Assembly (NCBI GenBank): GCA_964658305.1
Contig: OZ210885.1
Coordinates: 2,108,001 to 2,172,000 of the forward strand
Source: Leptogorgia sarmentosa
Taxonomy: Eukaryota
Length of the DNA stretch: 64,000 bases
Direction of reading: 5' to 3'
A program made the translations under genes and the position numbers. Of the stretch, positions 52,874 to 64,000 are shown piece by piece; the stretch's first letter is position 1, and each line of letters begins with the position of its first letter. The notes beneath the pieces are model-generated. The model was not told where the DNA came from. It searched no databases and saw only the letters and a list, made by a program, of their open reading frames with translations.

Positions 52874-53480
52874 ATGCTAAGCTATTTCGCCATAAGTGAA
52901 ATTAGCACAGGGACCCGACCCAACTGCTAAGCTACATCGCCATAATTGAAATTAGCGAAAGGGACCAGACCCAATTGCTAAGCTATATCGCCATAATTGA
53001 AATTAGCAAAGGGACCAGACCCAATTGCTAAGCTATATCGCCATAATTGAAATTAGCGAAAGGGACCAGACCCAATTGCTAAGCTATATCGCCATAATTG
53101 AAATTAGCAAAGGGACCAGACCCAATTGCTAAGCTATATCGCCATAATTGAAATTAGCGAAGGGACCAGACCCAATTGCTAAGCTACATCGCCATAATTG
53201 AAATTAGCGAAAGGGACCCGACCCAATTGCTAAGCTACATCGCCATAAGAGAAATTAGCAAAGGGGGCCAGACCCAATTGCTAAGCTATATCGCCATAAT
53301 TGAAATTAGCAAAGGGGGCCAGACCCAATTGCTAAGCTACATCGCCATAATTGAAATTAGCAAACGGGGACCAGACCCAAATGCTAAGCTATATCGCCAT
53401 AATTGAAATTAGCAAAGGGACCCGACCCAACTGCTACGCTGCGTCGCCATAAGTAGAATTAGGGAAGGGACCCGATCCAC
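52874..53480. repeat. ~50-52 bp tandem array (about 12 units) inside the Ngaro 3' region
   Basis: Unit gctaagctatatcgccataattgaaattagc(g)aaagggaccagacccaatt. Confidence 0.95.
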
Positions 53481-53556
53481 TTGGTAAGCCACAGCGCCCG
53501 CGCAAGCACTAGCCATGAACACAGGAAAAAACCCCCAGACAATTTAATACCGACAA

Positions 53557-54489
53557 TTATGTTACATTATTGCTAACTAAGCGCGCAGGCACAGCTTCTA
53601 AAATATGATGTGGTGTTTGTATATACAGGTGGTAGGCGTTGCTCAACCACCTCCCTAACGTCTTAATCAGATGGTCGGGAACACCCGCTGCTGCAGACGT
53701 GGCCGCCCCAATGCGGAAGCTATGACCTGAAAAGTTTCCTTTTAGACCAGCACGAGAAACCGCAGTTCTGAGCCAGGTTGTCAGTGAGGTACTCGTCAGT
53801 GGCGATCCATTCGTGTGGCGAAACAGCGGTCCGGCGCCTCCCCCACGCAAATGAAGGTAGCGCAGGAGAGCCCTAACCGCACAAATTTCGTTGCCTGACA
53901 CTCCAAGACGAATGGTGTGCCCCTGGCGAAACGGGTCGGTTTTTGAGCATTTGATGCGAAGAAAAATAATTTTCGGGTCCAGACGCTTGTCAAAGTGGAT
54001 ATCAGCCACTGAAAGGTGGATCCGCGAGTCAAATTTCGAGGTCGGTGTAGTAAACTCTCCTGAGCGTAGAAACCCGAAAAAACCGGTACAACAGGCTGCC
54101 CAGAATAACGCATCGTCATAGCACGCGAAATTCAACACCGTATGGATACGGGACAGCACCGCGAAAGTAACAGGTAGCCGTTCGCTCTTCGAAACACCCT
54201 GGGCGCGTTTGACACCCCGCAGAACCCTTTCCAGCCTCAGACAGTTCGCTAACGGGTTTGCGAAACCATTTTCGATATGGAGCGAGCGTATGCCAGCTAA
54301 GTAGACCTTAATCGATGACGCTTTGATAGTTCGGGACAGATGCGTGACAAACAGCATTAATGTCCATTCGGAAGCAGGCAAGGGAGAACCGTTTGCATTC
54401 AGACTCTGGCTCCAGCGACAGAACTCGAGAAACCTACGTTGTGCCGAGTCGTACGTTCGCCGGGTGGTACTAGCAATGCCTTGAAACAT
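53557..54489 (-). CDS. Tyrosine recombinase of the Ngaro element
   Basis: SAM-like N-terminus; catalytic motifs FFGFLRSGE, SKTD, HSFRIGAAT and GRW.SNAY..Y. The ORF is open. Confidence 0.93.
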   Translation of the reverse strand: MFQGIASTTRRTYDSAQRRFLEFCRWSQSLNANGSPLPASEWTLMLFVTHLSRTIKASSIKVYLAGIRSLHIENGFANPLANCLRLERVLRGVKRAQGVSKSERLPVTFAVLSRIHTVLNFACYDDALFWAACCTGFFGFLRSGEFTTPTSKFDSRIHLSVADIHFDKRLDPKIIFLRIKCSKTDPFRQGHTIRLGVSGNEICAVRALLRYLHLRGGGAGPLFRHTNGSPLTSTSLTTWLRTAVSRAGLKGNFSGHSFRIGAATSAAAGVPDHLIKTLGRWLSNAYHLYIQTPHHILEAVPARLVSNNVT

Positions 54490-56600
54490 TAAAGTTCTTG
54501 CCTGCTGTTGGAGTTCTCGGAGTTCAGACGGGCGAGCAAAGGCACCGGGATCTGCACCGGGTGTGGACGGGCCTGTGGAGCCAGCTGACGAAACGCCTGC
54601 AGGTTAAAACGAGACAGGGAATCAGCTATCCCATTCTCTTTGCCCGGTACGTGTTGTGCTGTGACTTTAAAATTAAAGCGGGCTGCACACAGAAATAACT
54701 CTCTTAATAACTGCATGAGGCGGCTGTCTTTCGAAGTGCCCGATGACAGGATGGCTACGACACTTTGGTTGTCACAATAAAACTGGATACGGCGATTGCG
54801 CCAGGTATTCCCCCAGACATTACATGCAAGTACTATGGGGAATAGCTCCTTATAAGCAATACTCAATGGCCGCTGGGCGGCAGACCACGCGCCGTTGAAC
54901 CATTCCCCGGAATAAAATGCGCCATACCCATCGCTGCCTGAAGCATCGGTGGAGATGAAAAGATCAGGGACTGGGGCCCATTCTGGTAAATCGAAAAAGT
55001 AAACTCCGTCCCACGCAGGCAAGAAAGACCGCCACCACCCGATATCCAGTTTACACTCCTTATTCAAGCGTATAAACCGAGAATGTTTGCTGGAATGACC
55101 TTTCAGTAGGTCGAGGAGACGGCGCAAAAAGGCAGCCCCTGCGGGACGACTGCACATGCATGGCCTAATTTGCCAACTAGCAAATCAACTAGCTAACTGT
55201 TGGCCCATTCATGGAGGAGGACAATGAGCTCAGTCCGTTTATCGGTTGGTAGTCTAGCAGTCATCTTAACTGAATCTAACTCAATCCCTAGAAAAACCAA
55301 GCTAGTGGTGGGGCCCACGCATTTGTCCGGGGACAAGGGTATACCAATATCAGTCGCCGCCTGGTCAATCGCTTTGAGACGCAACGCACAGACATCAGAG
55401 TTAGGAGGTCCTAAGGTGAAATAGTCATCCAGGTAGTGCAGTAGATCCAGTACGTCCCAATTATGAACTAAACACCAGTGGAATAAATCGGCCACGCTAT
55501 TAAAAATTCCGGGCGCGGAACGCAAGCCAAAGGGTAAAGTTAGATCAATATAGTAACCACCTTGCCAAAACATTCCCAATAAATGACGGTCGGAAGGATG
55601 CACTGGAATAATGCGATAAGCACTTTGAATATCCACTTTACCCAGTAAGGCACCGCGTCCGGCTCTTACGATTAGTGAAATAGCATCAGAGACTTTACTA
55701 TATGTGAGGGTAAATTCCTCCTTATTAATACCATCATTTACGCTATGCCCAAACGGAAAGGACAAATCGAGAATTAAACGCCAACCACCGTCCTTTTTAG
55801 GAATGACGCCAAAACGACTTATTTGTAGGTTATCTAATGCTGGTTCTGGGGTAGGACCAAAAACCCTACCCAGCGACACTTCTTTGGCAAGGTATTTCGT
55901 GATTACTGACGGGTGAGCGAGGGCAGATGGACAATTAGCCTTGGCAGACTTAAGAGTTGTAGATTCCGAGTGAAAACCGAGACGGAACCCGTTACGTAAA
56001 CCATTTAAAACATAATCCACTCTACGGCGGTCCGGATGACTGCATAATTGTAAAGCTAAATTGTCTACCTTATTCGTACTTAATTTCGCGCGTACTTAAT
56101 TTCGCGATTTTGTCGAAGCCATATTTAGCGAGACTTTATTTTCGCGATTTTGATGACCGAAAATAGAAAAAGGGCATTAATTTTCGCGAAATACAGATTT
56201 TCAAAACCATCATTTATTGAATTTTAACTTTTAACAATGGAATTTTATTGAATTTTAACTTTTATTGAAATTTATATATGTCGATGACGGTAAAACGATA
56301 TGCGAGCTGTACATGTTGTTGTTGATCATATATATTGAGAAATTAATGATTTAACAATTCTAATTTCTAATTTTTTTACTAATGTATTTAATTTCGCGTG
56401 GTTAAATTTCGCGAGAATTTTTATTCGCGCGACTTTAATTTCGCGATTTTTTTTCAATCGCGAAAATCGCGAAATTAAAGTCACGCGAAATTAAGTACGA
56501 ATAAGGTACATTAATTGGGGTAACCGAAGAAACGTCAGGCATGTTCAAAGTAGTGTTAAATGATAGACAAGACAAAATATTGTTATTTAAAACACCGTCT
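54489..56600 (-). pseudogene. Reverse transcriptase/RNase H of the Ngaro element, disrupted
   Basis: After removing the MITE the frame reads VTPINV|DNLALQLCSHPDRRRVDYVL. Motifs: WRLILDLS, KVDIQSAY, LPFGLRSAP, YLDD, and RNase H TDAS..KEL..CDN..N.IADSLSR. There is a stop and frameshift at ~55140-55195. Confidence 0.92.
56068..56506. mobile_element. TA-targeting MITE inserted in the RT gene
   Basis: TIR ccttattcgtacttaatttcgcg / cgcgaaattaagtacgaataagg with TA TSD. Precise removal restores the RT frame. Confidence 0.92.
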
Positions 56601-56603
56601 CTC

Positions 56604-57716
56604 TTAATCGCGTCTCGCTTGGCGCCGCCGGCTTGATTCTGCGCCAGGACTACGCCCTCGTTTACGCACGCTATTTGGGCAGTTGATTCTACGGTGTGCT
56701 CCGCCACACCCGTCTTGGTCGCATCGATGGCGAAATCTACAGTATTCGCGTGGACTGCTGCAGGACCCTGAATTCCATGATTTGCAAATAATCATTGAAT
56801 TTGGGTCACCACGAGGTTCGCGATGTCGTGACGCTTGTGATTGTGTGGGCTGGACCGCTACCGACGTATGGTAGTGATACAGATCGGCATTGATTTGACT
56901 CCAATTCGTCGAATTGGATGCAGCCGCTTCGAGGCGAAAGGCGCGATCATAGTTGTACCAGCACCGTCCTGGAAATTGCTTAGCCATGCGTATTATTAGC
57001 GCCATATACGCCAGTAAATCTCGCGCTCTCGCAGGATAAAACGCCGTGATGACTGCTATATAGCTATTGAAGCACTCGACCCACGTCAGGATATCATATA
57101 CTTTATTTTTCTTGCGCGACGCAGTAGTAGTCGTAGGGACAATCGAGTGACCTTCGATAGTAAATGAAGGTAGATCGACGGATGGGCTCTCTAGATTTTC
57201 TGGGATAAGGTCCGACATCTCGATAAATTTATATGCCACAATTTGCGAGACACTTTTTGCCGAAATAGGCGGACGGCCAGGACCCAAAATAAAGGCCTGG
57301 TTGAGACCGGTAATAGTTCCTGTGGAAACTAGTGGTGAGCTAGAAAGGGTGCTTGAAACATGGGTACCAAGGGTGTTCTCAGTCCGGTTAACTCCACTCG
57401 ATTGCGTCGACGATATCGACCCCGAGATCCCAACAAAAGAAGGAACAACTAACATACCTTCATTTGATGCCTGACTGCTTGTAGCGCTTACCGTTGGTGT
57501 CATAGTTGCGGGACTAGGCTCACCCAACTGCTCGAAAACAGCGACTTGCGACGTACTCGGGCCACCACGCGCTCCCAACGTCTTTGCGACGGCGTCGGCT
57601 ACAGCACTTTGAATACCCGCGCAAAACTCGGGCGATTTGAACGCTGCCGTCCAGTCCACGGCCGACGACGACATACTGCCAGCTTGTTCACCCGCGATCT
57701 CTCTCTCTGGTTCCAT
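56604..57716 (-). CDS. Gag-like ORF1 of the Ngaro element
   Basis: WVECFNSY..WYNYDRAFR core and a C-terminal Cys/His finger CKSWNSGSC..CRFRHRC..CGGAH...C; lies directly after A1. Confidence 0.88.
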   Translation of the reverse strand: MEPEREIAGEQAGSMSSSAVDWTAAFKSPEFCAGIQSAVADAVAKTLGARGGPSTSQVAVFEQLGEPSPATMTPTVSATSSQASNEGMLVVPSFVGISGSISSTQSSGVNRTENTLGTHVSSTLSSSPLVSTGTITGLNQAFILGPGRPPISAKSVSQIVAYKFIEMSDLIPENLESPSVDLPSFTIEGHSIVPTTTTASRKKNKVYDILTWVECFNSYIAVITAFYPARARDLLAYMALIIRMAKQFPGRCWYNYDRAFRLEAAASNSTNWSQINADLYHYHTSVAVQPTQSQASRHREPRGDPNSMIICKSWNSGSCSSPREYCRFRHRCDQDGCGGAHRRINCPNSVRKRGRSPGAESSRRRQARRD

Positions 57717-58714
57717 TGTATTCCAATTCAAAAATTTTTTTTCTCTTTTTCTCTACTCTTATGTATATACAGACCTTCTGCAGTTAGCTATCTGTTAGCG
57801 AATGACATACGAACCAGCCTGTCACTCTCTATATTCCGGCTTTGTGGCTAAGCTGTACCCAGGCTGCGCGCGGTTCCTATGATATTAACCTTGGTTACTA
57901 CGTAACCCCATGAAATTTGCTCCATTTTCAGCACAAAGGTGGTGCAAACTTCTTCAAATGATACAAAAATACAAAATTTGTCCACTTTGCACGGCTGAGT
58001 TTTTCGGATTTTTGCAACATTATCCGACGAAAAACGTAATAACAGTTTCACTGATGCAAGAGCTCTTTTTTAACTGTGATAATTGTCTATTTATCTAGAT
58101 TGAAATATACCATAATCCATAGCTGGAAATATCCATTTGTTAGTTAAAGGTTTTAGGGCCTCCACAGACTAGCATAATTAATTTGTAATTGTAGTCGCAA
58201 TTTGTAACACAATTCGTTATCGACAACTTTATGAGCGAACTTTCGAATTAGGTTTAATAGGAGAATTCGTCAACACGGTTGGAGAGAGCATCTTTTATTT
58301 AGTAGAATTGTGAAGTTTGGTTACAAAATAACATAAAATGTGGAAAATACATTCACTTTTTAAGTTTGCTAATTTTGTATACTTTGGCATTTACGCACGG
58401 CGAAGTGATAATCAGATTTCGAATGTGTACAACAGTATACAAAATTTCAAAAAGTTCACGATATTTTGTAACCAAACTTTGCAGTTTTACTAACTTTACT
58501 GATGCATTTTTCAACTGTGCTAATGTCTAGTATAATGAAATTTCCTGAGTTTGTTTTCTCTCATAAAAAAACAGGAAATTCCTGGAATTAATGTTCCTAA
58601 TTCCTAATCATAAAAGCATTTTAAAAGTCATGATGATTATATATCCATTAAAAACAATTGTTTATCAAAACAATCGGGGGGGGGGGGAAATGATATTTTC
58701 GATATTTCGTTATA

Positions 58715-59479
58715 CAGGGTGTATCAAAAAAAAGTTTACTGATGAAAAACATTCTCTAAACTAACGAGCGCTCAAAATTTCCAAAAACTTTCGGTTAGCA
58801 TGGGTAGTTTAACACCCTCTGGTATATCTAGCACTAAGTTTATTTTAAAAACAAACTTTTTTAGAATGGGAAATGTGGTTACTGAAAGTCTCATTAAAAA
58901 CGGCTTGCGCGGAAAAAGTAAGTTTTCTTCACACAATTTGATTTAATCGGAAGAAAATATGATATACAAGCTATTCAAGTTTTGAGAAATTTGGTGCACG
59001 CTGAGACGAACGTGCGATGTCCAAAAACTGGATTTTGCGTTCTTTCCTGCGTGATTACCGATTAATTTATGCATAATTGGATATTTGCATTAATTACCAA
59101 TGCAAATTGCAAGCTAATTCCCAAAGGTCCGTAATTACGCGAAGAAATTGCGGAAAATCCAGTTTTCGGACAACGCACGTTCGTCTCAGCGTGCACCAAA
59201 TTTCTCAAAACTTGAATAGCTTGTATATCATACTCCATATTTTCATCCGATTAATTCAAATTGTCTGAAGAAAACTTATTTTTTCCGCGCAAGCCGTTTT
59301 TAATGGGCCTTTAAGTAACCACATTTCCCATTCTAAAAAAGTTTGTTTTTAAAATAAACTTAGTGCTAGATATACCAGAGGGTGTTAAACTACCCAGGCT
59401 AACCGAAAGTTTTTGGAAATTTTGAGCCCTCGTTAGTTTAGATGTTTTTCATCAGTAAACTTTTTTTTGATACACCCTG
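58715..59479. mobile_element. Tc1/mariner-like palindromic MITE (copy 2)
   Basis: Same family as 19506-20280, TA TSD. Confidence 0.9.
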
Positions 59480-59685
59480 TATATCGAAAAGTCGAATATC
59501 GAAAAATCGATAAACATGAAGATTGTCTTCTGAAAAAACACAAGGAGGATGTTACAACGAATGTAAAGTTGTGAACCAGCCAGCGGATTTTACGTTTACC
59601 AAATTTTGTCCGCGCTCTTTGTAATACCGTACTACAAATCGTTCCTCATTGAATAATTCTATTTTCCTTTCTGTTAGTGAGCTCC

Positions 59686-61014
59686 ATGTCTAACCGTCAC
59701 TATCGCAACCTCGCCAGCGATATCGCTGATATGAGGAATAATGAGCAAAACGAAGCTTATGTAGAAGCTCCTGGAAGAGCCAGTTCCGACCTTCCAGTAA
59801 ACCCATCATCATCCGCGCCACCGGGCGCCGTAGCCAGTAATCAGGGGAATAATTCAGGAAACAATGAAGCGAATCAGCAAGGAAGTGGTAGCACTGCTGA
59901 GAACGCAGAAAGGATTTCAGGTCATGATGAGATATTTGATCCACCAGTCACTCAAGACTATGAATGTCCGATCTGTATTACCGTATTACGGGATCCAGTG
60001 CAAACACCATGTGGACATCGCTTCTGTACAGCATGCATTAACCGTCATATGGAGTAAGTTACAGATTATGGAGTAAATCCTATAATGTGCAATTTGCACA
60101 TTGCATTAACCGTCATATGGAGTAAGTTACAGATTATGGAGTGAATTCTATAATATGCAATTTATCATGGTAATTGCATTGAATGGAGTGCAAGTTCTCC
60201 CAAACTTGCACTCGTGTTTATATAACTCAATGTAAACATGGAAAATGTTTTCTATTATTTTTATAAAATAACAAGATGACAAAAGCGGAACGAAATAGCG
60301 AGAAGCAACGGGAAATAGCTGTGTTTACATAATCGCACATCAACACGGCTGTTAGCCAATCACGCGCGCGCAATCTTTCACTTACTTCCGGTTATTTTAT
60401 AAATGCATCTTGTAAATAAAAAGTGATTAATCTTATCTTTACTTTCATTTACAATCACATTGAAGATAGATCGATGATTTCAGACAACAGGGCAGTTGGT
60501 GTAGTTAGTTCGTAAATGAAATCCTTAAAATGAATGTCTAATTGTTGACAATGAGGAATTATGATCTAACAATTACACTGTAAAAACAATCTTATAGCTA
60601 CTTATGACTACGAACAACAAGCCGTTGAAAACAAACGGAACTTCTTAAATAAGCTTTTTCATGTTCTTGGCTATTGGGCTTTTGAAATTTTCGAAATTTT
60701 ACAGATGTCTTACCATACAGTGTCTTCCATTGCTTCTCAAGGCAACGGTACTGGTTGCGTTCCAAACGGAAATGGAACCCAAATGCAGTGATAGGTTATT
60801 TCTGGACATTATCCGATAAAAAAACACTGAGTATCATCCCGTAGCAAAGTCGGCGAATATAAACAGCCCCTATATAAACACATTTTGGCTTTCATTTTAT
60901 CTCAAAGCAAAATTAACGAGTATCTTATTGCTAATTACTATGCACGTTTTGTCTGTTTGCAGAACAAATGGTAACACGTGCCCAATCGATAACCAAGAAG
61001 TTGACCGAAATGCG
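59686..61014 (+). CDS. TRAF-family (TRAF6-like) RING E3 ligase, first two coding exons; partial
   Basis: Exon 59686-60053 [41 protein letters not shown] joins in phase 2 to 60963-61014 [13 protein letters not shown], completing a C3HC3D RING typical of TRAF6. Later exons were not found in the window. Confidence 0.85.
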
Positions 61015-61982
61015 GTACGTATAAACGGCGTGGGAGCATGCGCGTGGTACGCGTGGAAATTGCGTGTGCATCGTAGGAAATCTCAAAACCATAGCAAACA
61101 TAAGATGGTGGCGAACTTTCCTGACAGCTTTTTGCTTTGTTCACTACTCTAAATTCATTTAGTTTATACATGCATTGCCTGAATGTGAAGTTTGCCAAAA
61201 ACTTGTTACTAGCGAGTGGCACTCAAACTCTCCAATGGAACTAAATGAGAGAAGAGTGTGCATTATTTATAAAGTATGTTACTTTATTTTTTTCTGGTCC
61301 GTAACTCCCGGTCCGTAACCTAAATAGAGCTTTCTGATTGGTTGCTGAGCGGTCCGTATCCTACGGTACGGCCGCTCGCATTCTCGTAGATACAAATATA
61401 GTCAATGTTTTTGTTTTTTAAAATTGAATGGCCGCTTTTTAAAACATTCAAAACGAATTTAGGCGATAAAGAACACATGAAAGTTCATTTTATTATGCTA
61501 AGGGATATTTTAGGGGGTATTTACAGCGACAAAAACTCATAAGTATCAACAAAGTCTCATCAGTATGAACAAAACAAAACATTCTCGGCGAAATATTTCG
61601 GTGTCTAAAGCGTATTTTAACCATGTTTGTATCGTGAAACGAACGGAAAAATAAATAATTTTAATAAGTTTACCTTTTTCGTAGTAATGTTGAATGGAAA
61701 AGCGTCAATATTGAACAAATGCGTCAATATTGAAGGGTTTTTTCTCACTTCGTCTTGGCTGTTTAGCAGCCATACTTGCGATAGAGTAGCAAAGTAAACA
61801 AACAAACTGATCTCAAAATCTAGTTCGCAACACTGGAATTTTTGACGAATTTTATCATAACATCGAGGGGAAAAAATAAATAAGTTATTTACCATTTAGG
61901 TCGGTCCGTACTGGAAAATATTTTCTCGACAAAATATTTTCCAGTACGGACCTCCCATCTGGTAAATAACATATATGTCTTA

Positions 61983-62396
61983 GGGCCTGTTTATATGGAG
62001 GCGAGTTACCCGGTCGACCGAGTTACTCGCTTTGCCGGGGCAAACAAGCGCTCTGTTTATATGGAACCGAGTTACTCGGCATTCATCTGTTCAACACACT
62101 GTAGTTACATGAAGTACCTCAATCTAGCGGCAAAGTTGCGAAATTGCGCATGCGCTGTTGGCAAAAGTTCCTCCCGGCAAGCCGAGTTTCCCGGTCAAAG
62201 TGTTTACATGGTAAAATATTCATCTCGCCTGGGCGAGATCCCGCCTCTTTCCACCGGGAACTCGCCAAGACGAGTTACCCGCTTGCGCCATGTAAACACT
62301 TCACCGGGAAACCTATAGTTTTCTATTGAAGGCGAGTTACCCGGCAAAACGAGTAACTCGGTCAACCGGGAAACTCGCCTCCATATAAACAGGCCC
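61983..62396. mobile_element. Harbinger-like MITE
   Basis: gggcctgtttatatggaggcgagtt / aactcgcctccatataaacaggccc, TSD TTA. Confidence 0.85.
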
Positions 62397-64000
62397 TTAG
62401 CCAACTTTGCAACACCATGCATGTGGACCATGCCATGTATTTCAATTCACATTATTGTAATGTATGTATTGTATTCACATTCCATCAACGAAGAAGGTAT
62501 GGAAACGGAAATTCAACTTGGAAACTCAACAAGTTGTCTAGACAACGAAGTGGAGTTGTCTAATTCTTTTAGTATAAACCACTGATATAAACTGCGACTA
62601 AATGGTACAGAAATTAAACTGCCACTAAAAGGTACAAACTGGGATGTATAAACAAAATTTGAAGTAAAAATTAAGTCGAAAAGCTTAAAAAGTATAAAGT
62701 GAATGTTTTTTGCGAGAAATTCCGAAGCGTACGAAAAGCTCAATTTAGAGTTTTAAAAAAACACTTTAAAAATAATTACTTAATCGTAAGGCATGTAAAA
62801 CATTCGAAAGGCTCAGTAAATACGATTAAACAACTATGAGCAATAATAATTTAAATAATACCGCTTGCGATGTAAACAAAATTATGTGCCCAGCAAGTCC
62901 GTGTACGTGACTTTATATTTTTTCGCAAAAAAGCAAATTTATCGTAAATATATGTGATTTAAATTTGATCAGTCAGTTTGACATTTACCAGTCTTCAGGC
63001 CACAATTTGTAGTTTTTGCCTCTTAGGCTGTGTTATTCGTCGCGAAATTCTAGCGAAACGCTTGCAAAACAAACATTTTCCATTTTTCCGCCATCTTGTT
63101 GTTTTGGTTTTGCTACTGGTGGTCTATCACGAATAGGCCACTAGAAGCTCAGCCAATCAGAACGCCGCGTATTTAATGGACTACTAGTACGTTTATACTA
63201 ATATGTGTTATTGTAATGTCATGTAGGTTGACCTTGTCTTGTACTTGAGTAGTAACCGCATGAGCCAGAAAAGAATTATGAAAATACATGAAAATGCGAA
63301 TTATGATAACGTTGTCAACGAACCATAGACTGCACCCTCAATTCACTTTGCACATAAAACTTACAGCACCTCGATAGTTCTCTTATGATTATAACAGTGT
63401 TCATACACACAGAAGACCAAATGGAATTCATACCATGCAATTGTGGTAAAGGCGTTCAAAAATCTGAAAGCCATAGAACGATCACGCTCCAGTACCCAGT
63501 ATAGTCAGCCTTCGTTGAACAGTGGTTCACAAATCACAGTATAACCACGTAAAGTTTTAAAACATTTTATCTCTACAATCTCGCATGCATCACTATCGCT
63601 TCGTCCACGCCTCAATCACACTTCACTTTTGTCTTGACGGTCTAATCTAACTTAAGGTATTACTTTCTATATTCTCTCTGGATATATTTGTAATTATGTT
63701 ATCGTTTTCTTTAATGACGAATCTGTTTCAATAAACAAAAAAAATTTTGTCTTGTCCAAATATCAAACATACATCCAAGTTAATTAATAACTAATCCCGA
63801 ACTAAACAAGTATATAAAACGTCAATTTCATAACACAACCCATCGAGCAACAGAAGTTACGAAAACAACAACACCATTCACGTAATCTTTTAAAGACAAA
63901 CCTCCTGATGAAACTGGAACAAAACGAATACAAGGTCCACATGGAGTTATTATTGCTACCTCTTCCACGAATATAAAATAGAGCGGCCAGAATTATTCTG

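Larger units (their letters stand above)
52182..57911 (-). mobile_element. Ngaro-type (DIRS order) tyrosine-recombinase retrotransposon, full length but RT-disrupted
   Basis: Split direct repeats in the order A1 (~57730-57911) - gag - RT/RNaseH - YR - B1 (52600-52733) - A2 (~52415-52599) - B2 (52182-52315). Repeat pairs look identical; no TSD. Confidence 0.95.

Noticed and set aside
52874..53480. CRISPR-like array
   Set aside because: No unique spacers and no cas genes; eukaryotic retrotransposon context. The same applies to the 114-bp array.

Overview
AT-rich, intron-containing animal genomic DNA. An invertebrate, plausibly a cnidarian, is inferred from repeat style and gene content and cannot be proven here. 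Host genes: (1) a PRDM9-like remnant at 0.9-2.4 kb, where an SSXRD-like exon splices in frame to a minisatellite-like array of 14 near-identical C2H2 fingers, with no PR/SET domain and a premature stop; (2) two convergent, apparently intact 8-exon ELOVL fatty-acid elongase paralogues (9121-13310 +, 30318-35505 -) sharing a 9-nt microexon; (3) a multi-exon orphan type-I membrane protein with a mucin stalk and cytoplasmic Tyr motifs (24142-28197 +), invisible to the ORF track; (4) the first exons of a TRAF6-like RING gene (59686 onward, +). Mobile DNA: a 6.07-kb Academ-type DNA transposon (TAG..CTA ends, ATA TSD, nuclease-like and Cys-rich domains, centre deleted), a Ngaro-type tyrosine-recombinase retrotransposon with split direct repeats (52182-57911 -), a Myb/SANT-only Harbinger element, a THAP fragment, a LINE 3' end, a tRNA-derived SINE, many MITEs and foldback elements, and 15-, 50- and 114-bp tandem arrays. 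Splice sites and TSDs were read by eye; family names rest on recalled motifs, not database searches.
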